A stretch of 64,000 bases of DNA from the NCBI GenBank assembly GCA_951406725.2, contig OX597833.1, forward strand, positions 40,486,001-40,550,000. Direction: 5' to 3'. Shown here piece after piece: positions 49,101 through 62,226 of this stretch; the stretch's first letter is position 1, and the number at the start of each line of letters is the position of its first letter. Source of the DNA: Octopus vulgaris (lineage: Eukaryota). Position numbers and translations under genes: made by a program. The notes beneath the pieces are model-generated. The model was not told where the DNA came from and made no database searches. It saw only the letters and a list, made by a program, of their open reading frames with translations.

Positions 49101-49553
49101 CAACCACATGGTCTCGGGTTCAGTTCCACTGCATAGCACTTAAATTTTCACTAGTGCTGGTGATTCATACAGAAAAAGCACCCAGCTCATGCTGTAAAGT
49201 GGTTGGCTTAGGAAGGACATCCAGTAGAAATTGTGTGTTAAAGCAGATATTGGAGCACAACGCAGGTTTTGGGTATGTTGGATCCTATTAAACTGTCCAA
49301 TCCATACTAGCATGAAATATAGACATTAAATGACAACAATGATGGTGATGATAGTTCTGCTTTAGTGTTCTGGTTATTCTATCAAACATAATGGTTATTG
49401 ATTTACATTGTTTTGAATTAATCATGCATTATCTTGTAGCTTTTAGATTTTGATGATGTGATTGTTTAATATAGAATAACATTGTAGGGTATGTGTGAAA
49501 GCCTGGATCTGGTCAGTTTGAACATAAAACAGGTGGAATATTTTGGCTGGTTT

Positions 49554-50048
49554 GTGGAGGTGCAATGGCCCAGTGGTTAGGGAAGCAGACTCGCGGTCGT
49601 AGGATTGCGGTTTCGATTCCCGGACTGGGCATTGTGAGTGTTTATTGAGCGAAAACATCTAAAAGTTCCACAAGGCTCTGGCGGGAGGTGGTGGTGAACC
49701 CTGCTGTACTCTTTCACCACAACTTTCTCTCTTTCTTCCTGTTTCTGTTGTACCTGTATTTCAAGGGGCCAGCCTTGTCACACTCCGTGTCACGCTGAAT
49801 CTCCCTGAGAACTACGTTAAGGGTACACATGTCAGTGGAGTGCTCAGCCACTTGCACGTTAATAAATGAGCTGCGACATCACTGGTGCCAAGCTGTATCA
49901 GCCTTTGCCTTCCCCTTGGATAAGGGGAGGTTGATATGCGTGGGCGACTGCTATTCTTCCATAAACAACCTTGCCCTGACTTGTGACTCAGAGGGTAACT
50001 TTCTAGGTGCAATCCCATGGTCATTTATGACTGAAGGAGGTCACAACA
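49554..50048 (+). mobile_element. Composite SINE (family-D head, extra middle module, family-E tail) with 14 bp TSD, inserted in a TTAA-MITE
   Basis: TSD attttggctggttt at 49540-49553 and 50049-50062. Confidence 0.8.
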
Positions 50049-50958
50049 ATTTTGGCTGGTTTACATGCTGAAGGGTTAAAGCCACTTTGGTTGATTTGCA
50101 GCTCCACACTTATTTCAAAGTTATGTGGTCTCCTGGTATTTGTTTCTCTCTGTTTCTGTTATTATGGTTGGGGGGACACCAGAAAATATTTGCTTCAGTA
50201 GCAAGCAAAAGAAAAACAAGAAAAAAAAACGAAAAAGAAAAAACAACATGGTTTCAAGGCTAATAAAGCAAGATGGATGTAATACAAAAATAGAAATAAT
50301 ATCACTTTGGAATTTCATTTGAAGTAGTTTGAAATTCCATAAATATTTGAATATTTATGGTGGAGACATCACAGCTCTGTGGTTATGAAGCTCGCTTCCC
50401 AACCGTGTGGTCTTGGGTTCAGTTCCACTGCATAGCACTTTACACATGTGCCTTCTACTATGGCACTGGATCTACCAAAGTGCTGTGAATCACTTTGATA
50501 GGCAGAAACTGAAAGAAGACCATTGTATAGTTGTGTGTGTTTGTTTATATATATAGATGCAGGCATGGCTGTGTGGTAAGAAGCTTGCTTACCAAACACA
50601 TGGTTCTAGGTTCAGTCCATTTGCATGGCACTTCGGGCGAGTGTCTTCTACTATAACCTCCAAAACCTTGTGAGTGGATTTGATAGATGGAAACTGAAAG
50701 AAGCCCATTGTGTCTATATATATATATATATATACTCCCTAATATTAATATTATATATATATATATATATATACATAATTTATGTGTGTGTCTGTGTTTG
50801 TTCCCCAACCACTGCTTGATAACTGGTGTTGGTGTGTTTGTGCCCCTCCCCCATAACTTAGCAGTTTAGCAAGAGAGACAGAATAAGTCCACATATAAGC
50901 AGACATTGGAATATCAGGTTATCGGTGGTTACTTATGGTGATAATGTTTTTAAAAGAA

Positions 50959-51164
50959 GTCAGTGAGCTGGCAGAATCATTAGCACACTGGGCAAAATGC
51001 TTTGTGGTATTTCATCTGCCGTTACATTCTGAGGTCAATTCTGCCTTTCATCCTTTCGGGGTCAATTAAATAAGTACCACTGGGGTCGATGTAATCGACT
51101 TAATCCCTTTGTCTGTCCTTGTTTGTCCCCTCTATGTTTAGCCCCTGTGGGTAATAAAGAAATA
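50959..51164 (+). mobile_element. SINE family B with 16 bp TSD
   Basis: TSD aatgtttttaaaagaa at 50943-50958 and 51165-51180. Confidence 0.85.
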
Positions 51165-52370
51165 AATGTTTTTAAAAGAAAGCCAAACATTTAGTTGCAG
51201 TTGGTAGTTATCTTTAATGATGGATTAACATGCAAGTTTATCTTTAATCCTTTAGCATTCAAATTACTCTGTCGAATATAATGCTTATTTATTCACGTTT
51301 TGAATCAATCATGCATTATCTCATAACTCTGAGATTTTAATGACAGGATTGATTATTTCAAGAATGACATTGTAGGATAGGTGTGAAAGGCTGTATTTAT
51401 CAGGTAAGTTTGAACATAAAACAAATAAAATATTTGAGCCAGATATGGCCAATTTAAATGTTAAATGATCAGTGGTTCTCAATTGGGGTCCATATAAGAT
51501 CTTATTGTTAAAATTTATGTGTAATAAATCACTTATACTTCTGCAACACTCAAAATATTTTAATGCAATTCCTAATGATATTTAATTATAAAAATACGGT
51601 AGGATTTTTTTTATATACATTGAATAGCTATGAAGGTTAGGTAGAGTAAAATAGGAATCATAGGGCAAAAACGGTTGAGAATCACTGGGTTAGATGCACC
51701 AATATGAATTTGAGTTATTTTATAATGGTTTATTAAGGTTATCGGCATGGTCGTAATTTTTTAAAAATAAAAAACAAGTTACTCTGTGTAATGTTTACTG
51801 GCTAGTTACAATGTTTGCAAATGCAGGGCTGGGAGATATGATGAATTTCTACCAATTTTAGTTAGAAAATGTTTAATTTTTACCATCTTTATCGTCTGAT
51901 TGATAACTTTGATAAAAATGACAATTTTTACCAAGTTTATTGTCTCATTGATAATAGTTGTAGGTGTATTCATATGTACAAGAATATTTTGTTGTAATTC
52001 AGAAAAGATGTCATATTCTATGGTGTAATGTTACTACAGAGTGGAAAGTCAAGTTATTCCATCTGCTACATATGGTAGAATATCATGTATCTCTATAGCA
52101 AATACTGAAAAAAACGATCTGTGCTATCTGTTGTTACAAGTAGTGAAAAGCTAAGTTGTAACTTCAGAAAGTCATACTATAACCATTTGTATTCCAGCAT
52201 GTGTAACACAGGTGGAAAGTTGAAGTATATTGTCTGTAAGGAAGAGAGAATGTAAAGCTGAGTTGTACCATCTTTACCAGTGGGTAGAGAGTTAGGATGG
52301 ATGGATCATGGATATCGTCGATAATTTTGAGTTGATGTCCAATCTGATGATGTGGCTGTGTGGCGAAAGT

Positions 52371-52448
52371 TTAGCAGATCACACATGAGACGCTGTTCTG
52401 TATTTTGTCACCAAACTTTTTGCTAAGAGCATCATATTGTTCTGATAA
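52371..52448 (-). CDS. Putative terminal coding exon of the same gene (LSEQYDALSKKFGDKIQNSVSCVIC*)
   Basis: On the - strand: ttttctctgttacag acceptor, phase 0, TAA stop, C-terminal CVIC. Candidate AATAAA downstream (forward tttatt at 51729-51734). Confidence 0.65.
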   Translation of the reverse strand, partial: LSEQYDALSKKFGDKIQNSVSCVIC

Positions 52449-55229
52449 CTGTAACAGAGAAAACATATAAGTCAGATACAAAGTGTGGAGTGCGAGCAAT
52501 TAGTGGTTATATCGGTGCATGTGTGTTTAATGTTGATATCTGTATCATGTATGTATATTTACAGACTGCATCTGTGTGTACTTAAGTGGTTGAGCATTGG
52601 GGCCAATGTTATCAACTAGCACCCTCCCCAGAAATTATTGGCCTTGTGCCAAAATTTGAAACCGTTATTACTATCTAAAATGAAAAGGAGGGAAGGGGTT
52701 GCGGTGGCTTGAGTCGCATGTATTGAGTGATAGTAAGCTGAGTTGGTATACCGTAAATCCTCGAGTATGTGTGTATGAGCATAAATAGTTGAGTAAATAT
52801 ATGGATAAACTGTTTTTTACCTCTACACACTAGACTGTTAAAAAGCTAAACACCCTGATCTTTATTGTCTTCAGAGAGGATAAATTGGGACTGTGGTATT
52901 CATGCCCCTTGTCAGAACAGTATTAGTGCAAAAGAAATAAATGGCTCTGACTTGGAATTGAACTTGGCCTATACAATCCATTCTCTGGTGTTTAGAATAG
53001 ATCAATACAATGCAAATAAATATTTGAAATATTCTTCTCTACTCCAGGCACAGGGCACAAATTTTTTTGGAGGGGGCCAATCAATTAGATCGACCACATT
53101 ACGCAACTGGTACTTAATTTATCGACCCTGAAAGGATGAAAGGTAAAGTTGACCGTGGCGGAATTTGAACTCAGAACATAAAGACGGACGAAATACCACT
53201 AAGCATTTCGCCTGGCGTGCTAACGATTCTGCCAGCTCACCACCTTAAATATTTGAAGTATTAAATGTAATTTATATCCTCACCTGCACACACACACACA
53301 CATATATATGTCTTCTAGTCCAAGTTTTAGTGGAAGCACATGGCTTAGAGGTTAGGGACTTGGATTCATGACCATAAGATTGTGGTTCCAATTCCTGAAC
53401 TGGGCGATGTATTGTGTGCTTGAGCAAAACACTTCATTTTATGTTGCTCCAGTTCAATCAGTGGGCAAAAATGAGTAATCCTGTGACAGACTGGCACCCT
53501 ATCCAGGCGGGGGATTTATATGCCATCAAAACTGGGAAATTGGCCCTTATGAGTCAGCATGACTCAGGATGGTAACTAGACTAAGTTTTGAGTTGTGACT
53601 TTACGGTGAGTTCTATCATGCAAGTAGCCTAAATCCTGGAACAAAGTGTTTGATATGGTGAGAATAGAAATTTATGAAAAATGGAGTAATAAGTCCATAT
53701 GATGTATATACAGACATTGTTGGAATATTAGGTGGTTACTTATGATCATAATATTTCTGTCAAAGAAAACCAAACATTTAGTTGCAGTTGGTGGTTATCT
53801 TTAAAGATGGACTAATATACAAGTCTATCTTTAACCCATCGTTGTTTTAATACCCCCTTTTCCATGCATGGGTCAGATGGAATTTGATGAGGCGGTTTTT
53901 TTCCCTGCCTTTCCTGTACCAACCCTTACATACCAAGTAAGACATGACTCGTGCATCATCATCATCATCTGTATATATAAAAGGCAGGATGTGTGTATGT
54001 GTATGTGAATGTAATTTATGCATGTCCACAAATTAGCATGCATGTCGATCCAATTTTAGGAGGGCATTCATCATGACCCTAGCTGTATTTTTGTCAACTT
54101 ATTTTCCCCAGATGCACCAGTGAATAGCAGTAAAAATAAATTTTCAACTAAAACTTTTAACAATTTTCAAGTTGGTGAAATCACCATTGTTTGCAAACAG
54201 GAGTTAAGTCCCCTTCTAACGGCAAGTAAGTTTTTGTCAAGACTTTTGTTAATTTTTTCCCATCGAGGAAAAAAGTGTTTTGTTGAATATACATGGAACA
54301 GGTAAATAAAAAAAAAAATGAAAGTCAGTGAAAAATGTAATTGGACCTGGTTTCTGTTTTTGAAGCAGAAACTAGAAAAAAAGTAAAGTGAGATGGTAAT
54401 TAGCTCATATAAAGCTATGCATCTCCCCTACTGCAAGACACATGTTTCTGTCTCTATCACAGTTTATCACCTGGTACACAGCTACCTCCCTTACTACTAT
54501 ACTCTGTTTAATTGAGGGATTTTGTCCTTGCAAGTTATATGGCAACCTCACTAGTGCTGGTGCCACATAAAAAAAACACCCAATACACTCTGTAAAATGG
54601 TTGATGTTAGGAAGAGCATCCAGTCAAAGAAACCATATCAAAGCAGACAGTAGAGTTTGGCTCATATTCTGGCTTGCCAGATCCAGTTAAATTGCCCTAG
54701 CTACGCCAGCATGGAAAGTGGACATTAAATGACAATGAGGAGGCTAATGATGAAATGTCTAAAACCATTTTACATTGAGCCTTGTAGTAAAGTCATTCAT
54801 AAATTGATTTGTGGAGTTGTTTCATGTTGCAAGCATTGAACTGAGGTGGGTCTCTTGCTAAGTTGAATATAGGTACATATACTACGTATATGTTACATAT
54901 GTATGAGCATATATATATATATATATATATATGTACCTTTCCTTCATTGGACACTAAACTCTGCTTGCAAAGACCTGTTGAGGCAAGTGAAATCGAAATC
55001 AAATTCGATGACTGGCATCCATGCTAAACACAGAGGGGACATACAAGGATAGACAAATGGATTAAGTCGATTACATTGACCCCAGTGCGTAACTGGTCCT
55101 TAATTTATCGACCCTGAAAGGATGAAAGGCAAAGTCGACCTCGGCGGAATTTGCACTCAGAACGCAGTAGCGGCCGAAATACCACAAAGCATTTCACCCA
55201 GCGTGTTAACGTTTCTGCCAAGAGTACTA

Positions 55230-55640
55230 TACGAGCATGATCATTGCCAGAGCAACAAGCTGGCCTTCGTGCCAGTGGCACGTAAAAAACACCTTTCGAG
55301 CATGATCGTTACCTGCGTTGCCTTACTGGCACTTGTGCTGGTGGCACGACGTGAAAAAACATACAAGCGAGGTCGTTGCCGGTGCCGCTGGACTGGCTCC
55401 TGTGCAGGTGGCACATAAAAAGTACCATTTGAGTGTGGCCAATACCAGACTGGCCCTCATGCCGGTGGCATGTAAAAGCACCCACTACAGTCTCGGAGTG
55501 GTTGGTGTTAGGAAGGGCATCCAGCTGTAGAAACTCTGCCAGATCAGATTGGAGCCTGGTGCAGCCATCTGGTTCGCCAGACCTCAAACTGTCCAACCCA
55601 TGCTAGCATGGAAAGCAGACGTTAAACGATGATGATGATG
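55230..55640 (+). mobile_element. SINE family C
   Basis: Family-C body ending gttaaacgatgatgatgatg. Confidence 0.8.
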
Positions 55641-57270
55641 TGTGTGTGTGTGTGTGTAGTTATATTCTGTTATACTATGTGACTGATGAATTGTTTGAAT
55701 ATAGCAGAAAAAATATATTTAAATATTTAATTTGAAAAAGAGAGAGACAGTAAAATCAATAACAGTCACCTAGCAAGTATGAGTGACAGTATAATTGGTA
55801 ATAGTTACTTAATTTAATATGAATAGCAGAATAGTCAGTAATAATATTGAGTTACTGAGCAAGTGTTATATGGTGTGAACCTATCAGTGAGCTCGTTTCT
55901 TACTCCTGTCTTAAACTTGTGATTGTTATAACAGCACTTTGTACAGAAAAATATTTAGGTTCTGGTATTGAATTTAATGTTAGATCATGTATTGACAAAA
56001 ACAGTTTGGCAAGAAGAGCTATATAATAAAGGCAAGGATGGCATGTACAGACCTGCACACAGTATGACAATGATGACATGTACACACACACACACACAAC
56101 ATGGTAACGATGATGTACACACATGCGCATACACACATATACTCAGAGCATAGCAAAGCTAACATGCACAACATAGCAAGGATGACATGTGCAGAGATAC
56201 ACAACATAGTAAAGATGTTATGCACAGAGATGCAAACACACACACTCAACATAGCAAGTGTGACATCTACAGACACACACAACACGACATGAAGGTTGTG
56301 ATATTCACTTTAAACAATAAACTGTTTGCTGACAGTTGAAAAAGTAATTGTTATCATTAATCTCTGACTGTAGAACATAAAAGTGTTGGAACTAAGCCCT
56401 GTATTTATCTGAAGTTTCTAAAGTTTCGAACTGGTTTCTATGTAGTTAATAACAATAAATATATTCAACTGCAACAATTTGTGAAGCTAAGACAAGATAT
56501 AATTTCTGAAGAAATGTAAGTGATGAATCTTGCCCTGGATAGAGTGTCAGTGTAAAACTGATATTATTGATTTCAAATTTTGTCACAAGGCCAGCAATTT
56601 TGGGGGAGGGAGTTAGTCGACTACATTGATCCCCGTGTTCAACTGGTGTTTATTTTATTGACCCTGAAAGGATGAAAGGCAAAGATGACCTCAGTAGAAT
56701 TTGAACTCAGAACGTAAAGACGGATGAAATGCTGTGAAGCATTTTGGCCCAGTGTGCAAACAATTCTGCCAGCTCACCCTGCTACCTATGTTCTTAATCC
56801 TTTCTACTATAGACACAAGACCTGAAATTTTGAGGGAGAAGACTAGTCAGTTATATCAATTCCAGTGTTTCACTGGTACTTAATTTATTGGCCCCAAAAG
56901 GATAAAAGCCAAAGCCAACCTCAGTGGAATTTGAACTCGAAATATAGTGACAAGCAAAATACTGTTAAGCACTTCATCTAGCATGCTAACAATTCTGCTA
57001 GCTCACCACATTTTAATAATGATAAATATATTCAACTACAACAATTTGTAAAGTCAAGACATAATTCCAGAAGAAAAGTAAGAGATGAATCTTTCCCTGG
57101 ACAGAGTGTCAGTGCACCAATGACATTAACAGAAGATTTGATAAATTATTCTAGAGAGCCAGGCAGGATATGGCCAAATAATTGCCTTGATTAGAGATAC
57201 AAAAATATCCCTCGCCATAGTAGATTTGATCTTACAATTAACATTGGTAGTGCTATCTTTATCTATTTAA

Positions 57271-57485
57271 CCCTTTCATTACCAACCCAGCTGAAACTGG
57301 CTCTGTAGTACAAATGTCTTGTTTTCATAAGTTTTGAATTAAAATCTTCCACCAAGCCTTAGTCCCAATTTATGTTCCTAACACTAGCTTAATGATAACT
57401 AAGTTATTTTACTAGATTCTTTGTTATATTTAAAATAATTTAAAGAAACACAGAGCATCTCAAAATAAATACAGTAATGAAAGGG
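57271..57485. mobile_element. piggyBac-like MITE (second family)
   Basis: ttaa|ccctttcattac ... gtaatgaaaggg|ttaa; relatives at ~23183-23405 and 48720-48903. Confidence 0.8.
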
Positions 57486-57854
57486 TTAACCATCAGTTAC
57501 CAATCTTTTTTTCACCACTGACCAGTTTCATGCAAGACAATTTTTCCATAACTGGAGTATCATGTGATTAACAAAGCACAATAAAGTGCATAATATATGA
57601 TTTAATTATTCCATATGTAATTTCTTATCTTTTACTTGGTTCTGTCGCTTGACTGGTTAGGCTGGAGCACCAGCTTGAACAGATCAACCCCAGGACTTAT
57701 TTTGGTTTTTAAGCCTAGTACTTATTCTATCAGTCTCTTTTTGCCAAACTGCTAAGTTACAGGGACACACCAACACCTGTTGTCAAGTGGTGTTGGTGGA
57801 CAAAACACAGACACAAAGACATGAATACACAAATATATATATACATACATACAT

Positions 57855-57896
<42 letters not shown>

Positions 57897-58192
57897 CAGG
57901 CTTCTTTCAGTTTCTGTCTACCTAACCTATTCACACAGCTTTGGCCAGCTCAAGGTGCCATGCAGTGGGAGTGAACTCAGAGCTATGTGATTGAGAAACA
58001 AGCTTCTTACCACACAGCTATGCATTCCCTGCAGACTGCATCAGTCAGTAAGATGGGATTGGAATTAAAGAATTTATTGTTTCTGTGTAACCCAGAACCA
58101 AATAATCTATGACCTGGTAGTGTTCCACAACCTGGTGGTTAGGGACCCCTACACTTGACCATTTCATCTTGAAGTCAGCTAGAAATGCTTAC

Positions 58193-58366
58193 CTCTGTCT
58201 TTGGTTTCATTTTATCATCGTAGCAAAGATGTGCTACTTTACAATAATCAATCAACCCGTTGCCATTTCCCAGTTCCGACGCTAGTTCTTCTTCATCTTC
58301 TCCGAACACATACAGACTGATGATTTCATTTTTATCTCCCAATGCCGACGTTTCTACATTGCCATC
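58193..58366 (-). CDS. Internal exon of the same unidentified gene (DGNVETSALGDKNEIISLYVFGEDEEELASELGNGNGLIDYCKVAHLCYDDKMKPKTE)
   Basis: On the - strand: ttttttatttccacacag acceptor, GAG|GTAAGC donor, 174 nt open in phase 0-0, non-repetitive sequence. Confidence 0.75.
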
Positions 58367-60319
58367 CTGTGTGGAAATAAAAAATTAATCCAGGTAAATT
58401 TCATGTAAGTTCCAGGGGTTTAATTTCATCTGATAATATAGCAGGGGTGAGAAAGGGGTGCACCCCAGGAGACACTTGTAGCAGGGTGGCACTTTTGGGC
58501 CCACTGTATAAACCTGCAGAGGCTTGAGAGAGAGGTGGGGTCTGGACCAGGGGGTGGGGGCTACCTAGAGGTAGGAGCTATCTGAAGGTTCTAGCTCTGC
58601 CACTAAATTGATCAGACAATCAATTATTTTCCAGTCTCACCACCTGTGAACTAAAAAGCCAACATAATAACTCTAAATGTAACACAGGCAAGGAGATAGG
58701 ATCTTGTGACCTTCTATCACAGGCCAAGATAATTCTTCATCTATTAGCCTATATGGGTTACAAAGGCAATAAAAAATAAACCCATCTTTTCTGACAAAAT
58801 AATTTAAAAAATACAATATTTGTAGCATAAATCTATTACTTTCATAGTCACGCAGCATGGAATTTTGTCAGTGAACAGGTCGCGGTCTGAAAGTGACGAA
58901 AATATTTTGGCAAGTTAAATTTAAATGTTGAAGTGAATCTAATGGACTTTGTGTGTTTCTTAAATGGTTTATAAACACCTTCCATGCTGCAATCGTTTTC
59001 GTTCCAGCACATAATCTCTGATCAGGTCACTTGCTATGCAAGTAAATCACTAATTTCATAGTATTATTTATAGTGAATGCTTCTGTTAGGAATAAGACAA
59101 AATAACAATATTATTACAACTAAAAATGCCTTGTACAGTGGAGTACAGCTTCCATTTGGGATGGTGCTACTCCAACACTCACAAGTATCCTGTACAGTGA
59201 AGCACAGGACCCCTCTGGAATATTTCTGCTACTATAGAAAGGCATCACATGCAGTGAGGTTCATCTTCCATCTGAGAGGGTACAATTGCTGTTTCACATA
59301 GAGACATCCTAGATGAAATGAAAAAGATTGTATGCCTAATCAAAAAAAGCTCAATCTTCAACACACTTAAACTACTGGCTCACAAATGCCCTGTTTCTTC
59401 TCTCTGTTTTTCTTTCTTCTGTTGCTACAACTAAGGTGATTGCTCTTCTCAACTAGCTCACTATATATTCTTTCCATCCAGGTCCACTAGATATACCTAT
59501 TTCTCCTCATAAATCACATTTGAAATAGAATAGGAAAAAAAACCCCAAGAAACCAAAAAATGTAGTCTCATATATATAAAAGGACAAGATGGTCTCAGCT
59601 GAGATACTTCCATTAAATGACTTTGGATGAAAGATAACAGCTATTTCTATATTTTACCTCCAGATCTTATATTTAAAAAATTCCCCAATCTGTCTTCCCA
59701 TGACCTGTTGCTTTCCAAAATAACCTTTTTGCTGATGTTTTCTTGCAAACTATAACCTAAAAAGGTTCAACCTTAACCCCAACCACATAGGTTTTACTTG
59801 GGAGGGTCAGCTAAAGTTATCGGCACAGTCCATCTGCCAATCATTAACATATTTAGTAAAGAGAAAACAAAATCAAAATATACCTCATTTGATGAAAGAT
59901 TTGTTCTAAATTTGGTTCCAGTACTCTTGGCCACAGCAGAAACGGACTGCCAAAACTGAATGAATTGTTGTTCCTCTTCTGGCTTTTGGGACCATTCCAG
60001 GCAAATTTGCTAAGAGTGATATAAAGTATGACATTATATCTATGTGTGTGTGTGTGTGTGTTTAAAGACAATCATTCATACACACATACACACATACATA
60101 CATACATACATACATACATACATTTGTACATATGTACATAAATACATACATATGGTTCAAAATTGTACAAAAGACAAAAAAAACAAAAACAAAGGATAGA
60201 AGCAGGTGAAGGAACAACAAACAAACTGTATTAGTTTGAAGCTCAGGGAAAAAGGAAGAGTCTTTAACATTTTGCACCTATGCTCTTCTTCAGAAAAGAA
60301 TGAGAAGAGAAAACAGATG

Positions 60320-61296
60320 GAGAATGCTTGAATGAAAGAACTTGCAAAAGAGGATTTGCAAAATTCAGAAGTGGAGATTTCAGCCTTGAAGATGAAGATT
60401 GAATAGGACGTCCAGTTGAGTTTGATGATAAGCTCCTTGAGGCCTTACTTGAAGAAAAGCTTGCATTATCAGTTGAGGAATTGGCAATAAAGCTTAGTTC
60501 AAACCATACAACTGTTCATCGTCATCTTCAACAACTTGGAAAGGTTCCTAAACTTGGAAAATGGGTGCCTCAGGAATTGTCTAAAAGCAACCGCAAATCC
60601 CTAGTTGACATCTGCTCTTCTTTCCATTCTCACAAACTCATTTCACCCTTTTTGGATAGACTTGTGACTGGTGATGAAAAATGGATCTTCTATCGAAATG
60701 TTAAACGTCGTAAACAGTGGCTTGGTAAAAGGGAAAAAGTTCAACCACAACCGAGAAGGGAACTTCATGGGAAAAATGTTCTTCTCTCTATCTGGTGGGA
60801 TTGCAAAGGAGTAATTCACTTTGAATTGTTACCACCTAATGCCAGCAATTAGAGTGTTTGAACCAAGCTTTGAAGAAAAAAAGATCTGCTTTAATGAATC
60901 AAAAAGGAGTGATGGCTCATCAGGACAATGCACAACCCCACACTGCAAAGATCACATCACAGAAGATCAAAGAGCTTGGTTAGGAAAAATTCCTCATCCA
61001 TCTTATTCTCCCAACCTTGCTCCTTCAGACTACCATTTATTTCATAGTTTACAGAATCATTTGGGGGATATAACTTCTGCAAGCCAGTGGGAGGTCGAAA
61101 CTGACATTTCAGAGTTCTTCGCTTTGAAACCAAAAGAGTTTTACACTGATGGGATTAAAAAGCTTGTAAATAGATGGAAGGAAGTCATAGATAATCAGAG
61201 AAAGTACATTGATGATTAAATTTCAATTAAATATAACATTTGATCACTTATTTTCTTTATTCAAAATTCAGACAGAACTTATGGGACGACCTGATA
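60320..61296 (+). mobile_element. 5'-truncated defective mariner, same family as 12087-13294
   Basis: GKWVPQEL, LVTGDEKWIFY, HPSYSPNLAPSDYHLF; right TIR ...acttatgggacgacctgata. Confidence 0.9.
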
Positions 61297-61624
61297 TATA
61301 TGGAAGGGGTAGACTCAGGAAGACATGGGATGCAGTGGTGAGAAAGGATCGTTGGGTCTCACAGAGGGAATGACAGGGGTAAAGATGACCTTGGTGGAAG
61401 AATAATAATAATGATAATTATTTCAAATTTCTGCCACAAGGGCAGCTTGGGGGAGGTGGGGATGAGTTGATTACATTGACCTCAGTGTTCAACTGGCACT
61501 TATTTTATTGATCCTGAAAGGATGAAAGGCAAAATCGACCTCGACGGAATAATAATAATAATAATAATAATAATGATGATGATGATGATAGTGATAATGA
61601 TAAATACAAAAGTGAAATGTTTAC

Positions 61625-61771
61625 CTGTATTCGTCTTTCTTTCTGTGCCAGCCGTTCATTCTTTTTCTGAAGAAGGAGAAGTTCTGTCTTTAAATGCTGT
61701 TGTTGGTTATTAACTGTGATTGAACTGTTTTTTCGTTTCAACATATCTTTTGATTTTGCTTTCTTTAACTC
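61625..61771 (-). CDS. Internal exon of an unidentified coiled-coil protein (ELKKAKSKDMLKRKNSSITVNNQQQHLKTELLLLQKKNERLAQKERRIQ)
   Basis: On the - strand: ttttttttcag acceptor, CAG|GTAAAC donor, 147 nt open in phase 0-0, helical K/E/Q/L-rich composition. Confidence 0.75.
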
Positions 61772-62181
61772 CTGAAAAAAATACAGTCAAATTGTTGATG
61801 TAGGAATAAAACTTTGAAAGAATAAGTAAAAAAACAACACATTCATTCTTATCTGAAATGGTGAAATAACATATGTCCAGTCTCTTCACAGTTACAGACT
61901 TATTCAAACCAGCATTTGTATGCATGTTATATAAATATAATAATATGATATAATATACTATAATATAATATTGGCATGTAAAAAGCACCAACCGATCATG
62001 GCCGTTGCCAGCCTCCCCTGGCACATAAAAGGCACCCACTATACTCACGGAGTGGTTGGCATTAGGAAGTAGAAACACTGCCAGATCAGGCTGGAGCCTG
62101 GTGTAGCCTCCTGGCTTCCCAGATCCCGGTTGAACCGTCCAACCCATGCTAGCATGGAAAACGGGCATTAAACGATGATGT

Positions 62182-62226
<45 letters not shown>

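Noticed and set aside
55900-56000. Alternative - strand exon (DLTLNSIPEPKYFSVQSAVITITSLRQE)
   Set aside because: No convincing acceptor; the upstream part derives from a minisatellite.
59182-59308. Extra - strand exon (good acceptor tttcatttcatctag and donor gtgagt)
   Set aside because: Stops in all three frames; at most a cryptic or poison exon, with no support.
60481-61219. SETMAR or a domesticated transposase gene
   Set aside because: Frameshifted, 5'-truncated, no SET domain, and a second decayed copy is at 12087-13294.
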